From an uncultured Candidatus Poseidoniales archaeon (lineage in GTDB: Archaea > Thermoplasmatota > Poseidoniia > Poseidoniales > Thalassarchaeaceae): a stretch of DNA of 64,000 nt. Shown piece after piece: positions 1-9,469 of this stretch. The position numbers and the translations under genes were made by a program. The DNA lies in contig CAZXZO010000002.1 in assembly GCA_964645485.1 (NCBI GenBank), positions 74,212 to 138,211 of the forward strand. Direction: 5' to 3'. A model generated the notes under the pieces. It had not been told where the DNA came from. It searched no databases and saw nothing but the letters and a program-made list of their open reading frames with translations. Each line of letters starts with the position of its first letter. The stretch's first letter is position 1.

Positions 1-617
1 ATGAGTCGCTCTTTCGACTGCGCCTTTATCAGGACTTAGAATAAAGTCTGGATTAACATTGATTTTGAGGTGTTCAGCAATTTCGGGCATTGCAGATACA
101 AATTCAACAGGAGTATCGATATCATCCAATACTGAAGGTGCATGTAAATCCAAAACGATTAATCCGTCGATATGTCGTGCTAATAGACGTACAATTAGAG
201 AAGCAGAGATAACTTCTCCCTGCTGAAATCTCTTGTCTTGCCTACTATATCCAAAGTAAGGAACTGCAAGAAAGATTCCCGGGCCAACGTCCGTAAGATT
301 TTCTGGCCCTTCACCCATCAGGTTTTGGAGATTTCCTGACCGAACGTCATGAATCGCTTCTAGCATTAGTAATGCCTCAACTATTCCGTCATCAGGAAAA
401 GTTGTAGCAACTACAACAACCGGTTCAGAGCGAACCGCATCAATACTTTTTGCAGGCACCCGAACATATGCCTCTGAGTCTGGAAATCGCCTAGCAACTA
501 ATTCATGATGTTCCAAACCCAAACGTTTTGCTAATGCAGATGCAAGATCTCCATCAATACTTCCTGAAACTACTGGCAGGCGCTCCCCTCAAACACTCCG
601 ACTAGTGGGACCTTCAT
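1..617 (-). CDS. prs: Ribose-phosphate pyrophosphokinase (PRPP synthetase), N-terminal part; truncated by the window edge
   Basis: Not in the ORF track; translated by hand from ATG 617 (or GTG 596): ...RRFPDSEAYVRV...LAVPYFGYSRQDKRFQQGEVISA...VLDLHA...LSPDKGA, matching the PRS motifs F.DGE..VR, PY..Y.RQD, DLH and SPD.G. Confidence 0.9.
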
Positions 618-756
618 GTCCTTTGTGTGTAAATTATGGGTAATAGAATTGAGTAAGTTTAGTTGGGTAATATCTAATGACACCCCTGGTTGTAATTTGA
701 GTGGCTGTTTTTTCAAAAACAAAAGGGGAAAAATCACACCTCGAGAAATTGAAGAG

Positions 757-831
757 TGGACGAGGCAGGATTTGAACCTGCGACCTCCCGGTTATCAGCC
801 GGGTGCTCCAACCAACCTAAGCTACCCGTCC
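757..831 (-). tRNA. tRNA-Ile (anticodon GAT), CCA not encoded
   Basis: Reverse complement folds as a cloverleaf: acceptor GGACGGG/CTCGTCC, anticodon arm CCCGG-CTGATAA-CCGGG, T arm GCAGG-TTCAAAT-CCTGC. Confidence 0.95.
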
Positions 832-884
832 AAGGGTGAGCCGCGCCACCGAGGGGTTGAATTAAACGGTTCCGATTCGGAATC

Positions 885-1523
885 TCATTCTTCTTCTTCG
901 AAGTCTTCTTCGTTTATTTCGCCTGAATTCAACTTTAGATATGATGGGAGTCCCATCAATTTGTCAAACGTCCGTGAAAGAATGAGCTCATCCAACCGGG
1001 GGCTTGTGCGTGCTAGGAATTGAACTGGTATGTTGATTACACCGTTTTCTAATCTGTATCTTCTTCTTAGATTTCCTCTAGCCTTTACTTGTACGCCGCG
1101 ATATGTGCGCTTAATTTTGACTAGCCCAATGACTACGCCGAGGTCTTCACCCTGGGTGTCAAGAACTGCTCTGTCAAGTAGTTCATCGGGGGCGTATAAT
1201 TTTTCATTGATACGAACTGTGTTTCGCCATCTGCGTTGCAATTCCCTCATTGACTTCGTAAGTTTGATACTCCCATCCGACTGAATGCTGTGAAGGAGTT
1301 CTTTTGAAAGTGGAGCGAACTCAGCAGGCTTGCGCATAAATTCGTCCGCAACACCTGGCTCAACCTGTAATCTGAAAGATTGGACTCTTTCTTCATTGGG
1401 GTGATATCTCTCCCCCACTATTACTCCAACTCGCGTTTGTTTCACGTAAACTTCTCGTTGTAACAATTCCTGTATTCTAAATGATTCATCTGTCATATTT
1501 TTTCCCTCTCTATTACCGTGCAT
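885..1523 (-). CDS. Hypothetical protein with a probable C-terminal PRC-barrel domain
   Basis: 212-aa ORF (probable start ATG 1496); LLDRAVLDTQGEDLGVVIGL resembles the PRC-barrel signature L.G..V.d..G..lG.V; acidic tail EEDFEEEE. Confidence 0.5.
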   Translation of the reverse strand: MHGNREGKNMTDESFRIQELLQREVYVKQTRVGVIVGERYHPNEERVQSFRLQVEPGVADEFMRKPAEFAPLSKELLHSIQSDGSIKLTKSMRELQRRWRNTVRINEKLYAPDELLDRAVLDTQGEDLGVVIGLVKIKRTYRGVQVKARGNLRRRYRLENGVINIPVQFLARTSPRLDELILSRTFDKLMGLPSYLKLNSGEINEEDFEEEE

Positions 1524-2019
1524 CCCATGTCTCGGTCAATGTCCTACGCTCGGAGTCAGTATATTAACTATCTGCCGAATAACTAATCAGATATTCAATT
1601 GAAAAAGACGGATAATCATGAATATACCAATTGGTTGTTATAAATTTGGACAATTGACCACATAATCAAAATTCAATTGAATCTACTGGGGATATGCATT
1701 TAATTTACCAATATGAATAGCCTGTTTAGAATGATTATCCGAATAAGTTTTCCAATAGGAAAGACGGATAATACTAGCGACTTCCCATTTTGCAGGAATT
1801 ATCTCTTTTGGTCCCGTAGTTTTCCAAAATTATTCGCTGTTTCCAATATAAAATCCTAAAAAAATTCTCAAAATGATTTTTCTTCACAATTGACAAGATT
1901 TTATTCGATAAGTTAATGATCGGATGGCACATTTTTTTTAATGAAACTACCAATTGAAAAATAGATAATTCAATTGGATAATTTGGGCATATAATTCATA
2001 ATTTCCACAATAATATATC
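1524..2019. promoter_or_regulatory. Long AT-rich intergenic region with repeated motifs (divergent regulatory region or candidate origin)
   Basis: No ORF; hand counts of two 60-nt lines give 22-28% GC; CAATTG at 1596, 1628, 1651, 1674, 1887, 1951, 1971; 13-bp direct repeat AAAGACGGATAAT at 1604 and 1760. Confidence 0.5.
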
Positions 2020-3582
2020 TTGCTCTACTCACAGCATAAATTGATGAGTGCACTCCTCTTCCCAATTCACATGGAAGATTCGTTCTTGTCTTTGTTAGAT
2101 GAAATTCGGAAGAGGTCAGGACCCCGCCAAACTGTTGGCTTGAAGGACTCGGTCATCACTGAATTTGCTGCATCAGATCAAAATCTTGTAGACGCCATTT
2201 CAGAAGCATCAAAAAATCACCAAGATTACTCGGCTGAATTTGGTCCAGATTTTTTAATGATGGATGAGTCGGAATTAATCAAAACCTTGCAATCAGATTT
2301 CATAAATTTTTATCCTTCTGCAACAGTGAATCCCTATGTTGCAATTGCTGCTCGTGGCCCTTGGATAATCACTTCACATGGAGCTGTTGTCCACGACAAC
2401 GGTGGATATGGGATGTTAGGTGGTGGTCATGGCCCGAATAATGTCATCAACGTCATGTCAAAAAATTGGGTTATGGCAAATGTCATGACTGCTTCTTTTA
2501 GCCAGAAGAAGTTAACCGATGCATTACGCAGAGAAGTTGGTCATACTCGGGGCACTTGTCCCTTTTCAAAATTCATCTGTGTAAATAGTGGATCTGAATC
2601 AGTGACACTCGGTATGCGAATTGCTGATGTAAATTCCAATAATATGACTGGTCCAGGTGGACGTCATGAAGGTAAACCGATTAAGATAATCGCATTGAAA
2701 CAAGGATTCCACGGTAGAACACAACGACCGGCTTCAATATCGGATTCTTGTAAAAAAGGATACATAGATAATCTTGCTACTTTCAGAAAGCGGGATAATG
2801 TTATCATCGTAGAACCAAACAATGTTGAAGAATTACAATCAGCATTTTCAAGAGCTGAGGAAGAGAACTTTTTCATTGAATTATTAGCCTTAGAACCAGT
2901 GCAGGGTGAGGGCTCTCCTGGACAAGCAGTAACTCGTGAGTTTTACGATGAAGCAAGAAGGTTAACTTCCGAACATGGAAGCATGTTGTTAGTTGATTCC
3001 ATACAGGCTGGATTCCGCGGCAAAGGCTGTCTTTCAATTGTCGATTATCCCGGATTTCAATCTGCTGAAGCCCCAGACTTAGAGACATGGTCAAAAGCAC
3101 TCAATGCTGGGCAATTCCCTCTTTCTGTTGTAGGATTATCAGAGCGTGCTGCGCAATTGTACGTTGTTGGAATTTATGGAAATACCATGACAACAAATCC
3201 CCGTGCACTCGAAACAGCAATAGAAGTACTCGACAAGATTACTCCAGAAGTACGGCAAAACATTGTTGAAAAGGGAGATGAATTTCTCACAAAACTTGCA
3301 GGATTACAGAAAGAATTCCCTAATGAAATCACCCTAGTTCAAGGTTCAGGTCTGCTTCTGTGCGTAGAATTAGATCCAGAGACTCTTCCTGTTATTGGCT
3401 TTGATTGTGTAGAGGAGTGGTGTAGATTAAACGGCCTTGGTGTAATTCATGGCGGAAAGAATGCACTCAGATTCACCCCTCACTTTGGAATAACATCCAA
3501 AGAGATTGATTTGATAGTAGACTTGGTTAGATGTTGTCTGATTGAATTTACAATGGGTAAAGTGCATCAAATTGCAAAATAA
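2020..3582 (+). CDS. Class-III PLP-dependent aminotransferase (acetylornithine / lysine 6-aminotransferase-like)
   Basis: NSGSESV, GFHGRT, LEPVQGEG, LVDSIQAG and WSKALNAG (catalytic Lys) class-III motifs; probable start ATG 2044 or 2071. Confidence 0.85.
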   Translation: MLYSQHKLMSALLFPIHMEDSFLSLLDEIRKRSGPRQTVGLKDSVITEFAASDQNLVDAISEASKNHQDYSAEFGPDFLMMDESELIKTLQSDFINFYPSATVNPYVAIAARGPWIITSHGAVVHDNGGYGMLGGGHGPNNVINVMSKNWVMANVMTASFSQKKLTDALRREVGHTRGTCPFSKFICVNSGSESVTLGMRIADVNSNNMTGPGGRHEGKPIKIIALKQGFHGRTQRPASISDSCKKGYIDNLATFRKRDNVIIVEPNNVEELQSAFSRAEEENFFIELLALEPVQGEGSPGQAVTREFYDEARRLTSEHGSMLLVDSIQAGFRGKGCLSIVDYPGFQSAEAPDLETWSKALNAGQFPLSVVGLSERAAQLYVVGIYGNTMTTNPRALETAIEVLDKITPEVRQNIVEKGDEFLTKLAGLQKEFPNEITLVQGSGLLLCVELDPETLPVIGFDCVEEWCRLNGLGVIHGGKNALRFTPHFGITSKEIDLIVDLVRCCLIEFTMGKVHQIAK

Positions 3583-3614
3583 AGTGTTAATCATCAGTTT
3601 AGTGTAATGGGAAA

Positions 3615-4310
3615 TTGTATGAATCAACAATCAACGAAGGTGAGGGTATGCCAAAAATGGTAAACCTTCAAGGAGATGAGAGCGTTTTCTTTTCGTCATT
3701 AAAAGAGCGGCTTGAGAGGATAGAAATCGATACTGATTCAGCTGATGGAGTCCACATCGTATGCTGGGATAATGGTCCAGCAGTCAAATGTGATTTAGTA
3801 ATCCGCCCCTCAACAAGTAAACCGTACCCAAGCGAGTCTCACTGTGAATTGGTATTGCACGATTTGTATATCCCTGGTGGGTCTGGAAAGTGGGGTCCTA
3901 AGGAAATAGAAGAGCAAATTTCGTGGTTGAACAATCCTATTGAAAAGAGGCCCGAAGGAGAGCCAAGGCACTGGATTCACGTTCGTGATGTAGTGGATAT
4001 GCTTTCAGTTTTTTTTACTAATCTACCAAGTGGTGTGGTTGATGTGAGTGGCAGACGTTGTTGGAGCCATGAAGCGATGTCAAGTGAATTGGAGATGCTC
4101 TTCAAGAGGGTCAAAGCAGCGGAATCAAAAACTTTCCAATTAGATAACTTAAAAATTTTTGAGCCAAAAACCGAGCCAATGGTCTCACCACCTAGGCCTA
4201 ACCTTGGCCCACTTCATGAGGCGTGTCAAAAGGCTGGATTGACGGGATGGCACCCTTCAATTCCGTTTAGAATTGGATTGATGGAATGCATTGCTCATCA
4301 ATTACTTTAG
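3615..4310 (+). CDS. Hypothetical protein resembling a degenerate extended-SDR (epimerase) fold
   Basis: RHWIHVRDVVD and GWHPSIPFRIGLMECI resemble the C-terminal RDFIHV.D and lGW.P...l.eGl of NAD-dependent epimerases; no GxxGxxG or YxxxK; probable start 3648 after SD GGTGAGG. Confidence 0.5.
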   Translation: MYESTINEGEGMPKMVNLQGDESVFFSSLKERLERIEIDTDSADGVHIVCWDNGPAVKCDLVIRPSTSKPYPSESHCELVLHDLYIPGGSGKWGPKEIEEQISWLNNPIEKRPEGEPRHWIHVRDVVDMLSVFFTNLPSGVVDVSGRRCWSHEAMSSELEMLFKRVKAAESKTFQLDNLKIFEPKTEPMVSPPRPNLGPLHEACQKAGLTGWHPSIPFRIGLMECIAHQLL

Positions 4311-4325
4311 TGCAATTTTGTATTT

Positions 4326-5339
4326 TCATTGTTCTGCGAAGAGACTTGCACCTAACAGAGGTAAGAGTAAGGAAGCATCCCCCTCCACAACAATTTGAGG
4401 CGCTTCCGCACGAATTTTCCCCCAACTAATTGCTTCTTTGAGTCTTGCACCCGATAATGAACCATCATGTTCTGAGGCGGTAGTGATTTGCACTGCAGAA
4501 TCCAGTCCTCCTCGATATTGATTCCACCAAATAACATGGTGTTTTGAGATTCCTCCTCCAACCATCAAGGCATGGGAGGAGTCTGTGGTCCAAATTAAGT
4601 CAGAGAGAATTTGTTGATCTTCTAACAAATCAAGATTGAAGTCCCTTGCTTTTTGTCGATGCATGAACAATTGAGCTCCAATAGAACCATCATAAATACC
4701 TGGTATAATAATCGGAATTCGATGCTTGGCGGCCCAATGAAGTAAACTTGATTCATCATCAATCCGATCCCCCAAAGCCCAGCATAATTCTACACTCCCG
4801 AATCCTTGCCACGGGTTTTCGGGATTTTCTGAGCGCCTCTCATCGTCAATTTCTTGTAATATTGGCATTACGATTTTCTCAATGATATCTCCATAACTTG
4901 CATTTGGAACAATCACGTTTCCTAATCGATTCAAGCCCTGTTCACCTAGTTCGATATCATCTAACTCGAATGCTCCATGATAATAATCACTGAAACTTCT
5001 GGCAATGTCATGGTCAAGAGTTCCACAAGTTGTGACAACAACATTGAATCTTTTTCTTTTCAATGCTTCAACGAAGAATCCACGTGTTCCGGTAGCACAA
5101 AGGCAGGCAGGAAAAGAAAGCCAGTTCAATTGGCTATTCCCTTCTTCACTTGATGACTCATCAAATTGCTGAAACATATCTGCTAGAATGTCGCGGGCTA
5201 GGGCTAATTTAGTTGCTGTAAAACCACCAGCAGTTGCCATTTGGTCCAACAGTTTGGAGGCATTTTCAGTGGTAGAGAAATCATAATCCACCACTGGCAA
5301 ATCAAAGTCTTCTTGGTTTACCATGACATCACCCGACAA
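4326..5339 (-). CDS. dhs: Deoxyhypusine synthase
   Basis: GGFTA, DGSIG, VGGGISKHH and DGSLSGARLKEAISWGKI (catalytic Lys) motifs. Confidence 0.95.
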   Translation of the reverse strand: MSGDVMVNQEDFDLPVVDYDFSTTENASKLLDQMATAGGFTATKLALARDILADMFQQFDESSSEEGNSQLNWLSFPACLCATGTRGFFVEALKRKRFNVVVTTCGTLDHDIARSFSDYYHGAFELDDIELGEQGLNRLGNVIVPNASYGDIIEKIVMPILQEIDDERRSENPENPWQGFGSVELCWALGDRIDDESSLLHWAAKHRIPIIIPGIYDGSIGAQLFMHRQKARDFNLDLLEDQQILSDLIWTTDSSHALMVGGGISKHHVIWWNQYRGGLDSAVQITTASEHDGSLSGARLKEAISWGKIRAEAPQIVVEGDASLLLPLLGASLFAEQ

Positions 5340-5363
5340 GCCGCCTCAAAATGAATACAGCGG

Positions 5364-6254
5364 TTATTCACAAATCCTCTCAATTTCCTTTATCACTTCA
5401 TTTGCGACATCAATTCCAGTTGCTCTTTCTATTCCCTCAAGCCCAGGTGATGAATTTACTTCCATCAACAATGGCCCTCGGCTAGACTCCAATAAGTCGA
5501 CTCCACCGAATTGAATGTTTAGGGATTTACAAGCGTCAATACATATTCTCTCAATATCTGGTTCAAGTTCTAATTGGTCACCGGTTCCACCTCGGTGAAT
5601 ATTGCTACGGAAGTCATCACCCTTTCCCGTTCTCCTCATTGCGGCTACTACTTTATCGCCAACAACAATTGCTCTGATATCAGTTCCCTTGGATTCTGCG
5701 ATATACTCTTGAACAATTATTGGTTGATGTAATCTAGCAAGCACATCAATAACTGATTCTGCACTTGCAACAGTATCACAGCGCATCACTCCAATTCCTT
5801 GAGTCCCTTCTAATAATTTCAGAACTACAGGTGGACCGCCCACTGTTTTGATACACGGGTGTAAATCGGCTGCTCCTCTTGCATATGCTGTTCTAGGAAT
5901 GGGTAATTCCACTGCGGCAAAACGCTGTAGAGCACGTAATTTATCCCTACTCGCCCCAATTCCATTACTTGGGTTGAGGACTGGGACGCCTGCGGCCTGA
6001 AATTGTCGGAGAATGGTTAATCCATGGCGGGTGATTGAAGCCCCAATTCTAGGCACAATACAATCCATTGGTTGCACAATTTTGTCACCATTATAGAGAA
6101 CAGTTGCCCCATCGGGAGATAAATCAATTGTACATCTTGTTGGGTTGAGATAACTAACTCCATGCCCCTCTCTTCTAGCAGCAGCAGCCAATCGAGTTGT
6201 GCTGTAGAGTTCAGGCCCTTGGGTCATGATGACAATCTCAAGTCTCCGCCCCAT
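5364..6254 (-). CDS. rimK: RimK-family alpha-L-glutamate ligase (ATP-grasp)
   Basis: IVPRIGAS, SRDKLR, VLKLLEGTQGIGV, VQEYI, DIR, FRSNIHRGG, EVNSSPGLEGIE: close to bacterial RimK. Confidence 0.9.
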   Translation of the reverse strand: MGRRLEIVIMTQGPELYSTTRLAAAARREGHGVSYLNPTRCTIDLSPDGATVLYNGDKIVQPMDCIVPRIGASITRHGLTILRQFQAAGVPVLNPSNGIGASRDKLRALQRFAAVELPIPRTAYARGAADLHPCIKTVGGPPVVLKLLEGTQGIGVMRCDTVASAESVIDVLARLHQPIIVQEYIAESKGTDIRAIVVGDKVVAAMRRTGKGDDFRSNIHRGGTGDQLELEPDIERICIDACKSLNIQFGGVDLLESSRGPLLMEVNSSPGLEGIERATGIDVANEVIKEIERICE

Positions 6255-6300
6255 AACCTGACCTTCAGAGGCTCATTGTTTTCAAAATGACCGATTTGAG

Positions 6301-8709
6301 CTATCCCTGATTTTCCAATTGGAAAATTCGATCTCTCAATTGGGCAGCCTTCTCAAATTCAAGTCTACTTGCTGCCAGTTTCATCTGTTTTCCAAGTCTT
6401 TCAATTAGTCTTTCAAGATCTACGTCCTTTTCTGTATCATCACTAGTTAGGGTTGCTTTATCTTGTTCCAAAATTGAAGATGCAACACTCGCCCACGAAG
6501 GTTGGCTTACATTGCTAACCGTTTCGCCCTCAGAACCCCATCCATCTGAGCCAAGGTCTAATCGTTTTGCCAAATCTCTTTCATCTTTAATTTTACCACT
6601 CTGACCGGTGGTTCCACCAACAAATCTCTTACCGCCACTGCTACCAGTACCAGCAGTCCCAGCCAACAATTCCTCTGCTTCAATTCCCATTGTTGGCAAT
6701 TCTTTGATGATTGTTTTAGGGACAATATTGTTCTTCAAATTGAATTCTTCTTGTCGTTGCCGCCTTTCAATTGTTTGTAAAATAGATGTACTCATCGCGT
6801 CAGACATTGAATCAGCATACAATAATACTCTACCGTTTTCGTTACGCGAAGCTCGGCCAATTGTTTGTAGAAGTGACCTCTCATTACGCAAGAAACCCTG
6901 ACGGTCGGCATCAAAAATTGCAACCAAGGATACTTCTGGAATGTCAAGGCCTTCACGTAACAAATTAATTCCTACAATCACATCGATGTGACCAATTCGC
7001 AAAGCCTTGATGATTTCAGACCTTTCAATTGTATCGATTTCAGAATGAAGGTAATGTGCTTTCACGCCCATTCTCTGTAAATAGCTGGAAACTTCTTCAG
7101 CGAATTTAATAGTCAAAACAGTAACTAATACTCGTTCACCATTCGTTACACACTTGTTAATCTCGTCAAGTAAATCTTGCACCTGTCCCTCGGTAGGGCG
7201 AACCTCAATTTCCGGATCAAGTAACCCGGTTGGTCTGATTTCCATATGCACAACCCCGTCAATTTTTTCAAGAGATTTGAGAATACTTGGGGTCTTTTTT
7301 GGTTTTTGTAATTCAGGTTCAACCACTCCACCACCTCCTGGTACATGGAGCAACTCTTGGGGGACGTCTTGCCCAGTCACTTCTGCAAGATGTCTTAGTT
7401 CCCTTTCTCCTGGTGTTGCTGAGACGTACAACATCTGTGGGACAAGGTTTTGAAATTCATCTATGCGTAAAGGCCTATTATCTGCCGCAGAAGGTAATCT
7501 GAAACCGTGCTCAATCAAAGACATCTTTCGCGAATGGTCACCTGCGTACATTCCTTTTAGTTGAGGTAATGTCACATGGCTTTCATCCATGATGACAAGA
7601 AACTTTTCAGGGGAACCATGGAATTGATTAGCTGCCGCAGCAAAGAAATCAAGCAAACAGAATGGTCTTTCTCCATATGTTCTGCCATCAAAATGCATGG
7701 AATAATTTTCTATGGCTTTGCAATGACCAGTTTCTCTAAGCATTTCTAATTCAAACTTAGTCCTAGTCTCAAGTCGATGGGCTTCCATCTCTTTGCCTTC
7801 TTTCTCCAATTCATCAGTTCTCTCTGATAACTCAAATTCAATATCTTCCAATGCTTGGGCGAATCTCTCTGGGCTAGTCATGAAAAATTCTTTTGGATGG
7901 ACCCACGCTTCCTCTAAATTATCAAGAGGTTCCCAAGAAACAGCTTCACAAACCTGAATTCTTGTAACTCCATCAAAGTCGAATCGAATCCGAAGTGGGT
8001 CATCCCTACTTGGCATCCAAACATCAACAACCTCGCCACGGCAACGGATTTCACCTCTAGTGATTTCACCTGTTACTCGTTGATATTGCAACTCTACCAA
8101 TTGTTTGACTAAATCCAAAGGTTCGATAGATTGGCCGACGTATATTCTTGCATGTTGTTTTAGGAATGTTTCTGGGGGATTGAGTCCGTAGATTGCGGAC
8201 ACTGTTCCAATGGTAATGACATCAGGTCGTGAGACAAGTGAAGCCACCGTTGCGAATCTTTCCTGCTCAATCCGCTCGTTCATCTGTAATTCTTTATCGA
8301 TGTATAAGTCGCGTTTTGGTAAATATGCTTCAGGTTGATAATAGTCATAATGACTAACAAAATACTCCACGGCATTTTCAGGAAATAGTGAAGACATTTC
8401 CTGCCAGAGTTGACGCGCCAACGTCTTATTGTGGCTGAGAATTAAAGTGGGTATATTCAGTCTTTCAATGATATGCGCCATAGCGAATGTTTTACCCGAG
8501 CCAGTAACACCAAGAAGGACACCTCTTTCCTGTGAATTATTGAATTGAGAAATTAATTTTTCAATTGCTTGTTTTTGGTCGCCTGCGGTGTTGTATTCAG
8601 AATGTAATTGGAAGCATGCTACCGAGGGGTCTAACCAGTCTAGAGCAGCACCTTCAATTGCTTTAGACAAATCAAAATGGTCGACGTCTTTTTCTGTCAT
8701 AATATCCAC
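6301..8709 (-). CDS. uvrB: Excinuclease ABC subunit B
   Basis: LGVTGSGKT, HNKTLARQL, DYYQPEAY, DESH, LLREGLDIPEVSLV, QTIGRASR and C-terminal UVR coiled coil LEFEKAAQLRD; probable start ATG 8700. Confidence 0.97.
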   Translation of the reverse strand: MDIMTEKDVDHFDLSKAIEGAALDWLDPSVACFQLHSEYNTAGDQKQAIEKLISQFNNSQERGVLLGVTGSGKTFAMAHIIERLNIPTLILSHNKTLARQLWQEMSSLFPENAVEYFVSHYDYYQPEAYLPKRDLYIDKELQMNERIEQERFATVASLVSRPDVITIGTVSAIYGLNPPETFLKQHARIYVGQSIEPLDLVKQLVELQYQRVTGEITRGEIRCRGEVVDVWMPSRDDPLRIRFDFDGVTRIQVCEAVSWEPLDNLEEAWVHPKEFFMTSPERFAQALEDIEFELSERTDELEKEGKEMEAHRLETRTKFELEMLRETGHCKAIENYSMHFDGRTYGERPFCLLDFFAAAANQFHGSPEKFLVIMDESHVTLPQLKGMYAGDHSRKMSLIEHGFRLPSAADNRPLRIDEFQNLVPQMLYVSATPGERELRHLAEVTGQDVPQELLHVPGGGGVVEPELQKPKKTPSILKSLEKIDGVVHMEIRPTGLLDPEIEVRPTEGQVQDLLDEINKCVTNGERVLVTVLTIKFAEEVSSYLQRMGVKAHYLHSEIDTIERSEIIKALRIGHIDVIVGINLLREGLDIPEVSLVAIFDADRQGFLRNERSLLQTIGRASRNENGRVLLYADSMSDAMSTSILQTIERRQRQEEFNLKNNIVPKTIIKELPTMGIEAEELLAGTAGTGSSGGKRFVGGTTGQSGKIKDERDLAKRLDLGSDGWGSEGETVSNVSQPSWASVASSILEQDKATLTSDDTEKDVDLERLIERLGKQMKLAASRLEFEKAAQLRDRIFQLENQG

Positions 8710-8731
8710 TCACAATTGATGACCCTTCAAT

Positions 8732-9460
8732 TTATGGTCGATATAATCCACCGTTGACATGTAAAATTGCACCAGTAATGTAACTAGAATCATCTGACAA
8801 AAGGAACGAAATCACATTGGCAACTTCTTCAGGAGTTCCCAATCTTCCCATAGGAATTGTTTCTTCCCTAGCAGTTCTTTTCTTTGGTGTGTCATTCGCC
8901 ACCAAGTCTGTACTGATAGTTCCTGGAGCAACCACATTTACTCTTTGGCCATTCGGGGCTACATCAATTGCGAGTGAACGTGCCCAACTGTGTAATGCAC
9001 CCTTTGAAGCGGAGTAATCTGCACCTGTCGCAGTCCCTTTAATTCCGAGTTGACTACCTAATACTACGATTGATGCACTTTTTGAGAGGTATGGGGAGAG
9101 TGCTTTCCACACAAGAAATGAGCCTGTGAAATTGACATTCATAGTTTGTTCAAGTGCCTCAAGAGTTAGTTCCTCGGCCTTACCACGTTCATACATTGCA
9201 TGATTCAATACCAGAGCATCAACACCTTCTCGAATCCATGGATGGTCTGCCAGAACCATTACCTCACCGGTATCAGAGCAGTCAACCTTTACGGCAACAC
9301 AATCACAGCCGATTTCTCTTACATCTGAAATTACACTTTCAGCAGATTGAGAATCTGTATGGTATGTGATTATTAGTCTGTAACCTTCACTAGCCAGACG
9401 CCTAGATGTGGCGGCTCCAATACCTCTACTTCCGCCTGTGATTACTGCTAATTTCACCAT
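8732..9460 (-). CDS. Short-chain dehydrogenase/reductase (FabG-like)
   Basis: TGGSRGIG, YSASKG, VNVVAPG, YITGAILHVNGG. Confidence 0.9.
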   Translation of the reverse strand: MVKLAVITGGSRGIGAATSRRLASEGYRLIITYHTDSQSAESVISDVREIGCDCVAVKVDCSDTGEVMVLADHPWIREGVDALVLNHAMYERGKAEELTLEALEQTMNVNFTGSFLVWKALSPYLSKSASIVVLGSQLGIKGTATGADYSASKGALHSWARSLAIDVAPNGQRVNVVAPGTISTDLVANDTPKKRTAREETIPMGRLGTPEEVANVISFLLSDDSSYITGAILHVNGGLYRP

Positions 9461-9469
9461 TTCATCACC

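Noticed and set aside
6308-6327. 18-bp palindrome ATTTTCCAATTGGAAAAT at the uvrB 3' end, sharing a 15-mer with 23287-23301
   Set aside because: It encodes IFQLEN, and a few 15-mer matches are expected by chance in 64 kb; no further copies seen.
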